The position numbers and the translations under genes were made by a program. A DNA stretch of 62,613 nt, the filler included, from Circinaria calcarea (taxonomy: Eukaryota): NCBI GenBank assembly GCA_051942165.1. It is 12 parts of 12 records of this genome, joined end to end, with 100 filler letters (N's around TTAATTAATTAA, not from the genome) between each part and the next. Parts side by side here need not be neighbours in the genome. Positions count along the whole stretch, not along the records: positions 36,611 to 41,732 come from JAVECS010002033.1; positions 41,833 to 46,954 come from JAVECS010002034.1; positions 47,055 to 52,176 come from JAVECS010002035.1; 9 more parts are not named here. One strand, written 5' to 3'. The first letter of the stretch is position 1. The number at the start of each line of letters is the position of its first letter. Under the pieces are notes generated by a model that saw only the letters and a program-made list of their open reading frames with translations, was not told the origin of the DNA and ran no database searches. Shown in pieces: positions 37,692 to 50,557 of the stretch.

Positions 37692-40600
37692 TCATATCTC
37701 CGCCTCAATCTCCACCAATTGTTGTCGCTCTATGACACCCTGTCAGCCTACCGGCCCTTCCGTTGGAACTCTAGACTATCAGCTTACCCCACAGTCGACT
37801 GGCGGCGGAAATAATAATCTCCGCTTTCAGCATGAGTTTCTGCTGATACTTGGCTTCCTCGTCCCCATTGATCTTGGATTTCTTGGGCTGTGCCTACAAG
37901 ACCATGAGCCTTGCTGGATTGCATCCATTCCCCATTGAAAATGTATTACCAGCAAGAGTATCGGAACTAGATTCCTTGCCTCCGCCTCAGCCACGGCCCT
38001 CAAGCCCTTCAGCCCATTCTCCCAGAAAATTCTTGCTGTCCGGCTCTTGACAAAGGGAATCTTGGCCAACTCAAGTAAATCGGCCTTGGCCCCCGCCTTT
38101 AGCCGGTCGCTCATGTGTATCAGTACGCTCCTGAGCATGCCCCAATTCATACGTTCACAGAATGCGATCATTCCTGCTGCGAAGCCGTCGCATGTCTGTG
38201 CCAAATTCTGCACAAACCCACGCTGCATCTCATACTTCCGAGCTACAGCGTGGATCGGGACTTCGTTGCAGAGATCTCGAAGTTGAAAGGCTGCATAGAA
38301 GCGGCGATAAATGCGGGATATCTCCTTTTCCTGCGCCGTATTTTCCGGCAAGGATTTTCCACTGTTAGCCCTGTCTCTATGTTTAGCGCTGAGAAGCAGT
38401 ACGGGACGAATCCTACCAACATGCGATTGACCAATGCAGGATTAACGCCGGCGAACCCGAGCACTCGAAGGCCACTTTCATCTAAACCGTCCATCTCCCT
38501 CCGGAATATGGGCCAATTGATGTCACCCAAGGTTAAAGGTTGAACTGGAGTAAACATGTAGAAAATGTGCATCTCGCCGTCCATGACGAATGCTCGAAGT
38601 GCCCTCTGAAAGTCGCTGTGTACGAAACTACCATCTTCAGGGGTCAAAGATGAAATGACGGTTGCTTGACCCAAGAGCGTGGCCTCGTACGTTCCTGTTC
38701 GGTCGACGTTAACCATTCCTGTTGTGCAAAGGTCCTCGATAGTTTCCTCCACCATCGAGTCCAATGCGACTGGGCCTTCGATGTGGTACAGCAAAGTCCT
38801 CCGGATATAGTCTTGGATTGCATCTCTGTGAGTTGCAAGTCGGACTACAATGACCTCCAGCAAAGCTCTGAGCAGCAGTCAAATTTTTGCAAGCGAAGGC
38901 GCATGGTGACTCACCTTTTGATGCCTCTCCTCTCAGACGTCAAACAGCTTTCGACAGGTGGCAGGTCTGCCTCGAGCAAGTTGGCTACATCCTCCAAATC
39001 GTCCTTCTGACAGCAGATATAGCTCTCGCCAATTTCGTCTTTGCCCTTGCGTCCAGCCCTGCCTCGCATTTGTCGACTATACAGTTAGTCACCCGACATT
39101 GCATGGTTTCAGTTAGTTGGGGCTCACAGCATTGCCGGCCCGATGAGGTCTCGACCCATTCTCGCTCCTTGGAGGATGACACGTCTAGCGGGGAGATTGA
39201 TCCCAGCAGCCAGGCTGCAAGTAGCTACTATTGCCTTGAGAACTCCACAATCAAAAGCGCCGGAAACGATATCCCGTTCTTCCGTGGTAAGACCCGCATC
39301 TTGAAATTGTCAGTTTGGCTTGGGATCGTGTTGTTTTCACATACGGTGAAAGGCAACTCCTCGAATGATTGTCTTCTCCAGGACCTCATCCAACCCTACT
39401 GGAAGGCTCCGCAGACTGCTCAAGACCTCCTTTCTTCGGTCGAGTAGATCGTCATCCTGAACTGCTGGCATAGCTTCAGATAACAAAGCCGCAGTAGTCT
39501 GACATTTAAGTCGACTGCTACAAAAGATTAGAGCTCCATAACCAGACTTGGCGGTTTCAACGGCTAATGAAATAACAGCATTGGCGACAGGGTTTGCAAG
39601 CTCGATATGTTTTGATGGGACAATAGCTCGGACTGGCGAGATTATGGGCTTTGACTGAGTAGAATTGAGTTGGCTCGCGGTTTTGAAGAAGGAACTTGAA
39701 GTTGAAACTGGGTAGATTGAGTTATCGTAAACTAGGTATTCTTCAATGGGTATCGGCCTGTACTTGGATTGGTAATATTTTGCATCCAGCCACCGCGCAA
39801 GGACTTCAGTATTCTGCTACCGTCAGCACCGCTTCTTCAGCTGTCTGGGCTAAAGCTTACCGATAAAGTAGCACTCATACCAACGATTTGGATACTCCGC
39901 TGCATGCAGAGCAACTTTGTGGTCATGAGCTCCATGAGATAGCCGCGGTATTCATCGTGAACCATGTGCAATTCATCGAGAACTACTATGCCAAGATCGC
40001 CGATGTTGCCTTCTTCGACTGCTTTATTAATCATAGAGTTTGCCTTTATGATATCAGTTAGTATGGCTCGAGGTCGATCACTTCTGCCCAAACCTTCTCA
40101 ATGGTACAAACTGCAATGTCAACATCTGTCCACTCGTTTCGAGCCCTACTCCCTCCAAAGAAACCGACAACTCGAATCGAGCGATGTTCTTGATTCTTAC
40201 GCCACATTGGAATAGACGGGCCCAAGGCCTCACTAGGCGTATCTAGCCTCTTTTCGACACCTTCGACGGCTTGCCTCAGCCAATTGAGCTTCTCCTGCAC
40301 AAGGGCTACGTATGGAAGGACGAGCATTGCCTTCTTGCCCTCGATGACTCTTTTCAACATCATGACGTCTGCCACCAAGGATTTTCCGCCCCCCGTAGGA
40401 GCCGTATAAACAAGATTCTTCTCGCCCGTGAGCAGTCCACGACCCAATAAGCATGACGATTGCCAAGGATAGATGCTTTTAATCCCAAGCGCAGCAAAGT
40501 TTCGAACAAGCGTATCAGGTAGACTATAGCTAGGATGCGACAATGACAGTAAGGGATTCTGGGAGACGCCGGGGGTGGAGGCTAATCTCACCCTTTGGGT

Positions 40601-40894
40601 ATAGGCCGACGGCTTCGAGGATCCCTCATTTATAGGGTTAACCTCTCTGATTTCGCTCGCTCGAAGGCGGCTCTCGGTTGCGAGTGCTACTTCGATTCGC
40701 GGGCGCTTGAACGCATGCAGTGTGTTATTCGATGTTTGATGGAGACTTTGGCGTTCTGGAAGAACATGAACCTCGGATGCGAGTTGTACATGTGGTCTTT
40801 TGATACCATGTACAGTTCCAACACTGTATTGTTGCCTCTGCGCAAGATCAACAGAAGTGGTGAAGCCAATCGGCGCAGGGTGATGAGAATACAT
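37692..40894 (-). CDS. HELQ: HELQ / Pol theta-like SF2 DNA helicase, no polymerase domain
   Basis: YPWQ Q-motif, [49 protein letters not shown] and RQMRGRAGR, plus a C-terminal HhH-like segment ([13 protein letters not shown]). Confidence 0.9.
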
Positions 40895-41832
40895 TTTCTA
40901 CCGAAGCAACGGCAAAGCCCAGCAACTACCAGGAAAGGCAGCTCATAAGACCTAGAAATCCCAAGAGAGATACATGTACAATAGCAGTCTGCGATGCGAG
41001 AAAGTCCATGGCCACTCCTCCCAGTAAACAGATGACATGCAAATAATCCTAATTCACCGAAATCCCGAACTAGCGTGCCAAGTACGCCTGACCCGACTAG
41101 GCGACGCATGCTAAATTCACGCCCCCTTCACCTCCACAATGATACGGGATAAGTATGATGAACAATGTTCTGGGTGCGTTGAGGCTGTTAATCAATAGAA
41201 AATTGCGGAGAGAAGAATAAGTAGATGTACCATAGTGTCGGTGTTCTCATTTCGACAGTAGGAGGCAGAGCTTCAGGTAGTAGTCTGTACCATCATGTCG
41301 AGCAACAATGGGAATCAAAGCATCCCCAATCCGAAAGACGTGGCCGGCTTAGGTCCAGTCACTTTCCTGATCCAGCACCGTGGATGCAAGACATCAACAG
41401 TCCTGTGTTGATATGTTTATCCGCCTGTGAATGCTGCCTAAGGTACTGTAGATGCTGTTGATAACAATAATGTTGCGGCCTGGCGAAATGATGTTTTTCT
41501 CGCAAAGGTAAGGTAAGGCTGCATGTCAAACGTTAGTCGGTGCCATCACTCCTAAGGCTAAGAGGCGCGAGTAGAAACCACCCCCCCGGGATCGTGATAC
41601 CCTCCCACCTTAATGTATCGCTTCGTCCCTCTCTATTCTTTTGCTCTCCTTCTCAACGCAACCCCCCTACTGGAGCTCGATAGCTGGCTTACGGACATTA
41701 CACAGCGATACGGTCACCTTCCATTGCTCCAANNNNNNNNNNNNNNNNNNNNNNNNNNNNNNNNNNNNNNNNNNNNTTAATTAATTAANNNNNNNNNNNN
41801 NNNNNNNNNNNNNNNNNNNNNNNNNNNNNNNN

Positions 41833-42229
41833 TCCAGACTTAGCACTTTTTACAGGCACGAGAGTTGTGGGCAGTGCACACCTTGTCGGGAAGGCAGCAA
41901 GTGGACCGAACAGATTATGAGAAGATTTGAGAAAGGACAAGCTAGGGAGAGAGAAATTGATATGCTTCAAGAATTGACGAAGCAGGTTGAGGGCCATACA
42001 ATCTGCGGTACGTATTACTCACTAGATGTCCTCGATCTTTTGCTCACACAATTTGTCAGCCCTCGGAGAAGCATTTGCGTGGCCATTACAAGGATTAATC
42101 AGACATTTCCGGCCTGAGATGGAGGCCCGTGTTCGAGGATATGCGGAGAAGCATGGTGGGGAGGCTCGCGCTGGCGGCTGGGATTGGGACGCCCACAAGC
42201 GTGGCAATCTCATTTCTCCGGGCCAGTAG
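41833..42229 (+). CDS. nuo-51: NADH:ubiquinone oxidoreductase 51 kDa subunit, C-terminal fragment
   Basis: [13 protein letters not shown] and [26 protein letters not shown] 4Fe-4S motifs. Confidence 0.96.
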
Positions 42230-43205
42230 ATACATTGTGTTTACTTTCCTACGTTTAGACCTGGGTGCTCACGGGTTGATGTTTTAGCGTATGATCATAA
42301 GAGGGCATTGAGAAATATGCGGTTTTCCCTCGATTCACTCTACTTTTGGCCTCTAACTGAGGGCTGTTCAACAAGAGCACAGTTTGACGGTCGCTTTCCC
42401 ACACCTTTATGGACCATATTCGTGAGAAGCGATATCAAAATCTGCCCGGCTAATTAATCTTGACTGCGTACGCACACAAGTTGATACAGTTAGGGTAGTT
42501 GAATCCATAGAGTCCAGGGCGAAGATGGTTTGATAATGAAACAAGCCGGCTTTGGTTGGAATGCTTTTGTCTTTTCTGACTCGGTATGTCGAAAGTAAGG
42601 TACGAGTGGTTGGAATTAGGTATTACATGATATAGGTGGACTGTGGACACACCCTATTAAAACTTGGCAATTTATCTGACTGCATAATCTAATTGAGCCA
42701 ATGAACCCCGGTGCGATGATCGCGTCCCATGGTTCAGGGGAAAGTGATTACGGTACGGCGATCACAGAGCATTCAACGAGCTTCCTCCGAAAACGTGCTA
42801 CTGAAAGACCTAAAAAAAGCTAAGCATGTGTGGTGGTCGGAGGGTCGCTTGCGTGCCCCTTCCTATTCCTCGAGGCTTATTGTTCCCCTACGGCCTGCAG
42901 CTAGGAAGCTCTCACTTGTCCGTATCGACTATCCATCCCCAGCTCGGTGCTTTGGTACTCGATGCTGGGATAGCAATAGCAAGGATGCTAATTGATACCG
43001 ACAGGATGGGTGTTGGATGATGGGCGATGAGCGATGCGGAGTTTTTTCACACTATACTGGGTTCCTAGGCGAGCTCCCGAGCTTTTAATAAGGCCCTGAG
43101 CTGCCTCAGGAAGCCGCAATGAGATTCAGCTTGCTCTCACCTACAGCCAGAAAAGGAGTTTTCTAACTTAAGTCGTGCAGAGCATTCGCTTTTCCAAAAC
43201 CCACC

Positions 43206-44395
43206 ATGCTTGCTTTCACCCTATTCTCAGCAGTAGCCGCTTTGGCTGATGCTGCTGCCTGCTTGGATAAGAGGCCGCTCATGACACCGGCTAGCGGCAC
43301 TTCCACCTGAATTCTGGATTACTTTCAAACCAGCCCAGGATTATTTCCAGGTAAGGTATTGTACTAGCCACCACAGATACCTATTGACCTTTATCAGGCC
43401 CTACTGCGACCGGGCGTGCTCCATTCCTGGCTCAGACCAATCCCGCTCCTTTTGAACCTTCCCGGACATTTCTAATCAGTGCTCCATTGGAGACGGCGAG
43501 CTCATTGCTGCTGATTCATTAAACATTTCAATCTTTTCCCTCGTGGTCTCCAGGATCTTTCTGGGAGTTACAATTAGACAGTACTCTATAATGCCCAAAT
43601 ATCTTTCCCTACGAGACGGTAGCTTTTGGATATTCTGCTTTCTGTGATCTGTTCACGTTTGCAGAATGGCAAGGATACGAGTACTCGATTATTCTTATTT
43701 ATGCTGGTAATGGCATGTTCCAATCACCTACCGGACGTGCTGTGGGAATTGGTTTCCTTCAAGAGACGTTGGCTGTGAGTTTTCCTGACTATCTGATCAG
43801 GCAATGGACCCCCTTGACTGATATACCTTGTACAGATGCTTGACCACCACCTGCTTACGAAAGCAAACACGTAAGCCAACATAAGCAACACAGACCTTGA
43901 TTGAGCCAGCACGTATTAAAACCAACATTAGATCACGTTAGACAGCATGCCCTCTACTTTCCCTTTGAATCAGACCTTGTACCAACATTGCTTCCATCTT
44001 GACCGCTATCGGGCTTAAACAGTTTGCCCAACTTCTCTTAACAACCGGCCCTTGACCTGATCAACAAACGGTCGTCTCTCATATGAAACCGTTCAGGGGC
44101 CATCTAGATATTGAAATCTTTATCGTACCTAAACCTGTTGTAGCTAATATAACCAGTGTTGCTGATGCTTATAGCAACGGTAATACGATTAACTGCATTC
44201 ACTCTAATCAACGCACGATTCCTTTGGGCGCAAGCTTTCTGAAATGTGGCAATCGAACCGATGGATGGTGTGAGCTGGGCACATTTCTGGGTGCCCATTC
44301 AGGTTCGCGTGAGGCCGCCTAATAAAATTACAGCTGCAATGAGGTCTATTCGGTGGTACCGTATGGAAATCTATTCAATGGGGTACCGCAATCGA
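43206..44395 (+). pseudogene. Degraded histidine acid phosphatase / 3-phytase (PhyB-like) pseudogene
   Basis: Signal peptide, GPTATGRAPFLAQTNPAPF, FPLNQTLY, NIASILTAIGLKQF and NQRTIPLGASFLKCGNRTDGWCEL are recognisable. The frame has stops and frameshifts, and no RHGxRxP motif is visible. Confidence 0.75.
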
Positions 44396-45149
44396 CTCGG
44401 GTATCTTGAAGATCTCTTCCTGCGCCTTAAGGGATCCAATGACATGGGAAAAGTACATGATCCCTAAGGAAATATGTCTAGAGCAATGACTTGGTTGAAG
44501 GGAACACGTGACTAAATACTACCATAGATAATGGACCACATGATACCTGGGGCTTTAGTAACAATTATGCTCTACTATGAAGAACTAATCACCACGAGGA
44601 CCAAAATATCCGCAACCCCCCCGCGTGGATCCAGTCACAGGGGTGTCAAATGTTCAATATCCGCAATAATGTCCGCAAAAGCATGTAGCTCTAAATACAT
44701 CTTCTTCAAGTTTGTCGAGCTTCCTTGGGATATCGGCCCCTTTTTCAGGACTGCTTTATTTGATGGTCAGGGACTTTCTCGTACCATAGGCGAGACGCTA
44801 GTTTAAAGCTTTCTTTTTTCGGCAAATATCTAAAATAGCACGTAGTTTATACTATTCTTTCTCGAATGGCACACTCTATCTAAAATAGCATATTTTTATA
44901 AATTATATTATACGACACTTCTTTCTAAAATAGCTTATTTTAATAAATAAAAATTCTTTCTAAAATAGCAACTGCCCCATAAAAAATGTGAAGCTGTTAT
45001 ATAATTATTATAATATAATAAGGGCTAATCAATCCCCTATTTAAATAGTGCCCTCTGCGCGTATCATAAGGTCATTAAATCCCCTTATATTTTTCATAAG
45101 CATCCACCTCTATTCTAATATTATATTCTATCCCTATAAACCTTCCGGA

Positions 45150-45474
45150 TGTTACGTCCCTAAGCTTCTTAGGCAAAGGCAATACTAGTCACTGGTATAA
45201 GGCGGGGGCTCTGTAATATGCGCACGGGTTCTATACCAATCACTTAGCAAATAAGAAATAATAATAGAAGTATATTACTATTTTTATAAAATCTTAACCA
45301 CACCGGTCGAACTCTACGGAAAGGATTAAGATTATATAAATCTTCTGACGTTACACGAAACTTCCTAAAAGGGGTGAATATAATAAATGTTGTGAATATA
45401 GCCACGTCCAGCACGTCCAATATATCCAATATTATTAATACGTCTAGCCCGCGTATTACCCAGACCTCTTAACA
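45150..45474 (-). mobile_element. Older, mutated LTR copy, inverted relative to 45629-46005
   Basis: TGTTA...TAACA termini. 45150-45290 is the reverse complement of about 45865-46005 with mostly G>A changes. No matching TSD. Confidence 0.75.
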
Positions 45475-45628
45475 CAGCCCTATAGGTCGCGTTATTACAC
45501 GAGGTCCCCCTTTAAGGATTTCGTCTCGAATATCTTTCTTCTTCCTTTATACATTCTATCAAGAAACAACTACAAAGGGAACGCCTAGCGAGGCGTATCG
45601 AAATCTTTAATATAAATATGGCCCCATG

Positions 45629-46005
45629 TGTTAAGACACTAGAGAGGGCGTGACCTGAGGAACCCGGGAGAGGCGTATGATTGAGTTATGCTCCCGAGGA
45701 TCCTTGTGTAACGGATGGGAGTATAGGGAGCATAGGGCTTGGCATGCTCCCAGAGATCCCTGTGTAACATATGGGAGCAGTGGGAGCGGGAGTGCTACCC
45801 CTGTCCCAGGGGATCTATATAACCACAGTCCTTCCTGTAGTATTTGACCTGTGTGGTCAAGACCTTACAAGTGTAGCAATATACTTCTATTGTCACTCAG
45901 TACTTGCCAAGTGATTGGTATAGAACCTTCGTGCATATCTACAGAGTCCCCGCCTTATACCAGTGACTAGCATTGCCTTTGCCTAAGAAGCTTAGGGACG
46001 TAACA
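45629..46005 (+). mobile_element. Solo LTR (377 bp) with 5-bp TSD CCATG
   Basis: TGTTA...TAACA inverted termini, CCATG on both flanks (45624-45628 and 46006-46010) and an internal TATATAA box. Confidence 0.88.
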
Positions 46006-47956
46006 CCATGCTCTCATTATCGTCGTATTAACATCGAGAACCGTTATAAGATCTCTCGAGATTCCGCTTTTTATAGGCCTTACGTGGCCTCGGGCGTAAA
46101 AGGTTATAATATATTAGGTCCGACCAACATCGAATGAAACCATATCGAAACACAGCGTGTGAAACTGGATAAAGAGCTTTAAGCTATAAAAAAGGAATTT
46201 AAAAAAATATCCGAATTATTATCTTATTATTATCGTTTATTAAAGCAACAGAAACTTCTTCGGGATAAGGAAAAAAAAATAATTATTTATAAATTCTTTT
46301 TTATTAAAGAATTAGAACATCTTGAGGAACAAGAGTATTTTATTAACGAGATCCTATCTTTCTCGTCACCCGGCCTTCTTTTATCGGGATTCGACCCTTC
46401 CTTCTTCCTACCCTCGGAACCTCAGGATTCTGATAATAAAACTCTTCAACCTTCGCTTAATAATACTTAAGGTGTTTAGGTGGTTTTTATATATTTTCGG
46501 AGATATCACACTTTTTTTATTTTATTAAATAATATATTATTCTTCTAATCTTATCTGTATTTAGGATATTTTCGATCTTGAATTCTTTTTTCGATTCGGG
46601 TGCGATCTTTAATAGATTATTATCTATTAAGGTCTCTAGGTCTGCTGTTTCGAGTAGAGAAATATAAAATATTAAATAAATCTTTATTCTTTCCGGCAGT
46701 TCTATTTTATAATTAATTATAAATACTTTTTTTAGAATTTTAAATAATTTTATTTTCTTAAAATCTAGTTTATCGTTTAATCGTATTATTTTAATATTTC
46801 TTTTAAATAAATATATTTTATTCTTTTTTTTAAATCGGGTCCACTCCCGTAAATCTTATTATAATAAATTACTAATTTTATATTTAAAAATATAATATCA
46901 CGGCTTAATTCTTTATAGAAGAATTATATTTTTTTAATTTTTATATTAATTTATNNNNNNNNNNNNNNNNNNNNNNNNNNNNNNNNNNNNNNNNNNNNTT
47001 AATTAATTAANNNNNNNNNNNNNNNNNNNNNNNNNNNNNNNNNNNNNNNNNNNNCTGCTACTTACTAGCAACCCCCACTTGTGATTGAAAGCCACTAATA
47101 TTAATACGGGTATATGCAAAACTTGTTATGGAAAGGAAGGGAACAGGTCAGTTAGCTGACACCGGGCCCTCTGGAGCCTTAAAAGCCTGCCTTTAGGGTA
47201 ATCGATGGAATTAATCAAATCTCTATTCACATGATCTGCATGTTTGCAACTCCCGGTGACACAACTAACCCCCCGTTTCCCTTTTTCACTTTCCCCTTTC
47301 AAATATTCCCCACAAGACACACCTTCCCACCTTCCCATCCTTCACTCACCTCCCCACCTCTCCCTCATCCTCCTCTTCCCTCCCTCTTCCCTCCCTCTTC
47401 CTCCGGAAACATCACATCATTTCCTTCCGTTTCGAGTAACACCGACCCCCAGGGATTGGCGTCTTGGCGTATAGTGAAAACTCTTCATTCCCACGTTCTT
47501 CCTCCTGTAACGATTAGCCCCCTTGAATATACTGCGTATGGCCATCGTATTGCTCGTGCCTCACATTGCCATACACCTTACTTGGCCTTAGATTACTTTT
47601 CAAGTAAAAGTACTGTACGGCATCACAGAATTTTGAAAAGTATAATTATTTTCACACTTTATATTTAAAACCCCCCTTTTCTTTCTTATTGATTTTCGTG
47701 CAGTCGTTTTAATTTATAGAGTAGTTGAAATACGGTGCATTCCTCTTTACCAGGAAGTTGCTATAGGCAACACCCAATTGGGAATAGCGTAGTAGTGGGC
47801 GAGTATATATCTCGCCCACACAGCGTAGCTAGTTAGTCAACCTTCAATGCAATAGTGGTTCCACCAATAAGTCGTGTAGTAGCACTCACCGTACTACCTT
47901 CAACTAAAATCATAACAACAAGTTATAATTACGTGATTTTTCTATTTCGGCATAAT

Positions 47957-49867
47957 TTATATCAAGGTAATTTCTTTCTTTTCCTGTTGAAATAGCATTT
48001 TGAAATCATTTCTCCAGGAGGGCCTGCGAGGCAATTCCTGCGTGTCGTAAAGCAAATAGTGTCCGATTCTCCTGTACAGCCTCTCACCCTCTATCTCCAC
48101 CTCCTTTAAAACCAGGCCCTCCCACTTACCTAGCCAATGATCTTCGCCCAACGCAGCAAGCCAGCACCTGGTTCCCTCCGCCAGCCTGTCATCCGGATCA
48201 TCTATATTAACCTGAAAGAAGTAAATATCATCAAACCATGTCCTTGGCTGGCCGAGTATAACAGGCCTGCCTTGCGTCCATTCTATTTCTGCATAATATG
48301 CTCTAATTTTCAGACTTGCAGAGACGATTTGCCCGGTTAGATTCCTCTCGTCGACTAGAGCCAATGTATAAGCCTCCGCATCTGCCAATGAGTTATACCG
48401 GCCGGTGTCTACGAACAACGGCCCATCCATCGACGCCCAACTCCAACTCGGAGTTTTGTTCTGGCTCTCGTCCTTATTCTTTTTCGCCGGTCCGTTAATC
48501 CTTCTTGGTATTTTCTCACGCCGTTTCTCTGCCGCGAGCGGAGGTTGTACTTGCCAGTTTAAACTATACGGTAAAGTCCTCCAGAAATGACCTGCAATAT
48601 ACACATCGTCCATCGCGCTCTCCATCCGCGATGCAATGCCAGACAGCGCCACCAACTTGTCTGCCTCGGGATATGTAAGCTCGCGGTCGACGTACTCTTC
48701 TAAAATGCGCCACCAGACGGATCGAAGTTTCCCGCCATCTGATGAATTCGGTATGGCCTTGTCAGAGAGGCGAAACAGGTCCGAGAGATTTTCGAGGCCG
48801 TACGGGAAAGATTCGCATGCGTTCGGAACTTGGACGCAATCCCAGAAGAGCTCTCCGAGGCCAAAGCTCAGGACGCGTACAGAAAGAAGCCGCTCTTGCA
48901 GAGCCCACGCGCGAAACCCGAGCGGCTGGTCGTAGATCGCTTCGCGAAAGTAGTCCCAAGAGAGGATGGTGCAGGTGCACTTTTCGGACTCACCATCGCC
49001 AACGATTCCCGTTGTTTCGACTTCGAATGGCAGCGTCGCGTTGGGAGTGCACCCGCCAAGGCAGCTTTCGTTCGGGTGCGCGGCTCTGGAGAGGGAGAGG
49101 TTGACGATGCAGTTGGAGTATACGTCCTGCATTTTATTGCACTCGGAGCGCCAATCTTTGGTACTTCCCGGACCAGATTGGATGACGCAGAGAGCGTCAA
49201 TCCAGAGATAGCGGATAGAGAGACATTTGATGAAGTGGATAGCCTCTCGGAAGGCGATAGGGATGTCAGAGCAGGGAATACCTAATTGAAGCTCCTGTAG
49301 GTTCGAGACTGTAAGGCGGAGGAAAGTCGGGTTGGGCCCCCAGCAGTAGCTTAACGTCGCATAGGGACCCGAGAGCTTCTCTTCTGCTGGCAAGATAACA
49401 CGTATTGTGGATTCTCCTAGCTCAAGTAGTCGCGTAGGATATGAGCGTGGTTGCGTGTTTTTCTGGCACTGTTCATGCCCGTTCAAGCAGTCGCTCATCC
49501 ATCTCTGAGCAGTTCGCGAGGCGTCTAATAACGGGATAGCCGATATTCTATTCCTGATACTGAAGTCCGTGGTAAGTTTCGGGCTTGGTATGGCTAGGAA
49601 GGCCCGACAGTCTTTGGTCTCTTTCCCGTCTTTAAGCATTATCATATCAACGATTATTTGAGTACCCGCCTCTGATCTGTAGACGCGGTACTTATACGGC
49701 TTCACTATGCATTTTTCGAGGGCACCGGACTTCTTTAAAGCGTACTGTAATAGAGGCTCACATATGTAGCAGCCGCTTGCTGCGGCATTGGTAAAGGACG
49801 TGAGGTCTGGATGGTGGTCCGCCCACGCGCTGCTTTGAAACATGGGCACGCATTTTTCGCAGAGCAT
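47957..49867 (-). CDS. HET-domain (heterokaryon incompatibility) protein
   Basis: 636-aa intronless ORF with PTRLL, YATLSYCWG, IRYLWIDALCVIQ, DWRSECNKMQDVY, RAWALQERLLS and PSWSWAS. Confidence 0.93.
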   Translation of the reverse strand: MLCEKCVPMFQSSAWADHHPDLTSFTNAAASGCYICEPLLQYALKKSGALEKCIVKPYKYRVYRSEAGTQIIVDMIMLKDGKETKDCRAFLAIPSPKLTTDFSIRNRISAIPLLDASRTAQRWMSDCLNGHEQCQKNTQPRSYPTRLLELGESTIRVILPAEEKLSGPYATLSYCWGPNPTFLRLTVSNLQELQLGIPCSDIPIAFREAIHFIKCLSIRYLWIDALCVIQSGPGSTKDWRSECNKMQDVYSNCIVNLSLSRAAHPNESCLGGCTPNATLPFEVETTGIVGDGESEKCTCTILSWDYFREAIYDQPLGFRAWALQERLLSVRVLSFGLGELFWDCVQVPNACESFPYGLENLSDLFRLSDKAIPNSSDGGKLRSVWWRILEEYVDRELTYPEADKLVALSGIASRMESAMDDVYIAGHFWRTLPYSLNWQVQPPLAAEKRREKIPRRINGPAKKNKDESQNKTPSWSWASMDGPLFVDTGRYNSLADAEAYTLALVDERNLTGQIVSASLKIRAYYAEIEWTQGRPVILGQPRTWFDDIYFFQVNIDDPDDRLAEGTRCWLAALGEDHWLGKWEGLVLKEVEIEGERLYRRIGHYLLYDTQELPRRPSWRNDFKMLFQQEKKEITLI

Positions 49868-49972
49868 CGCGGGTCCGAAAATATTTAGTTTGGAACTGCT
49901 GCATCGATCGAAAAGATGTCAAGTTATATGACTCAGGGAGAGTCGGTAGAAGAAGGTCCAAAGCCCCAATGT

Positions 49973-50185
49973 AAGGCCCCGTTCGGTAGCACCGATTATT
50001 GAAATCGATTATGAATAATCGATTATTGGACCCTGAAAATGCTAAGTGGGCGTTCGTTTGGCACTGATTATCGAATTCGAATAATCGATTATGAATAATC
50101 GATTATTGCAACACACCAAAAAATAGAGCCTTGGCATAAGTAGGTCGGGACCTACTTTTGGCGATTATTGAAATCGATTATTACT
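49973..50185. repeat. Cluster of palindromic AATCGATT(AT) motifs, possibly a DNA-transposon/MITE subterminal array
   Basis: Three blocks of CGATTATTGAAATCGATTAT / GAATAATCGATTATTG at about 49993, 50065 and 50162, preceded by TAA-GGCCCCGTTCGG. Confidence 0.55.
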
Positions 50186-50193
50186 AGCGTTAC

Positions 50194-50413
50194 TGTAAGG
50201 ATCCTTTACGAATAGTATAATGATCTTACGATAAGGGTCGGTGAATTGTGTGATAATGTGCTCAATTGGTTCGCATCAGCGTATGAATTATTGCTGAAGA
50301 ATTCTCGTGTAACGCTTCGCGAGGAAAACCTTTCTCGCTAAACCAATACCTCGTGACCTCGGTGTATAGTTCCCCCGTAGGGTTCGTAGGGGTTCTCGGG
50401 TGGAGCCCTTACA
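50194..50413 (+). mobile_element. Solo LTR-like element (about 220 bp)
   Basis: TGTAAGG...CCTTACA inverted termini. The first 75 bp or so are shared with 6060-6135 on another contig. No clear TSD. Confidence 0.65.
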
Positions 50414-50557
50414 TATTATTTCAAATTTATATATGTATATTCCGCACCCTCAAACCCCGAAATTTATTATTTAAAAATAAAAAATAAAAAGAAATATATT
50501 ATAAATACTTTAATATTTAAATAAACCCCTCCCCGTATATAAATATAAGAAACCCCC

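Larger units (their letters stand above)
44560..46954. mobile_element. AT-rich, RIP-like degenerate transposon block with nested solo LTRs
   Basis: Abrupt shift to very AT- and TpA-rich sequence with no long ORFs. Contains two related LTRs. Boundaries are approximate. Confidence 0.7.

Noticed and set aside
37692..40894. Full DNA polymerase theta
   Set aside because: The gene ends after the helicase C-terminal domains with no family A polymerase domain.
45150..46005. A single 856-bp DNA transposon with long TIRs
   Set aside because: The right copy is a self-contained TG...CA LTR with its own 5-bp TSD, and the outer flanks share no TSD. Two inverted LTRs explain it better.
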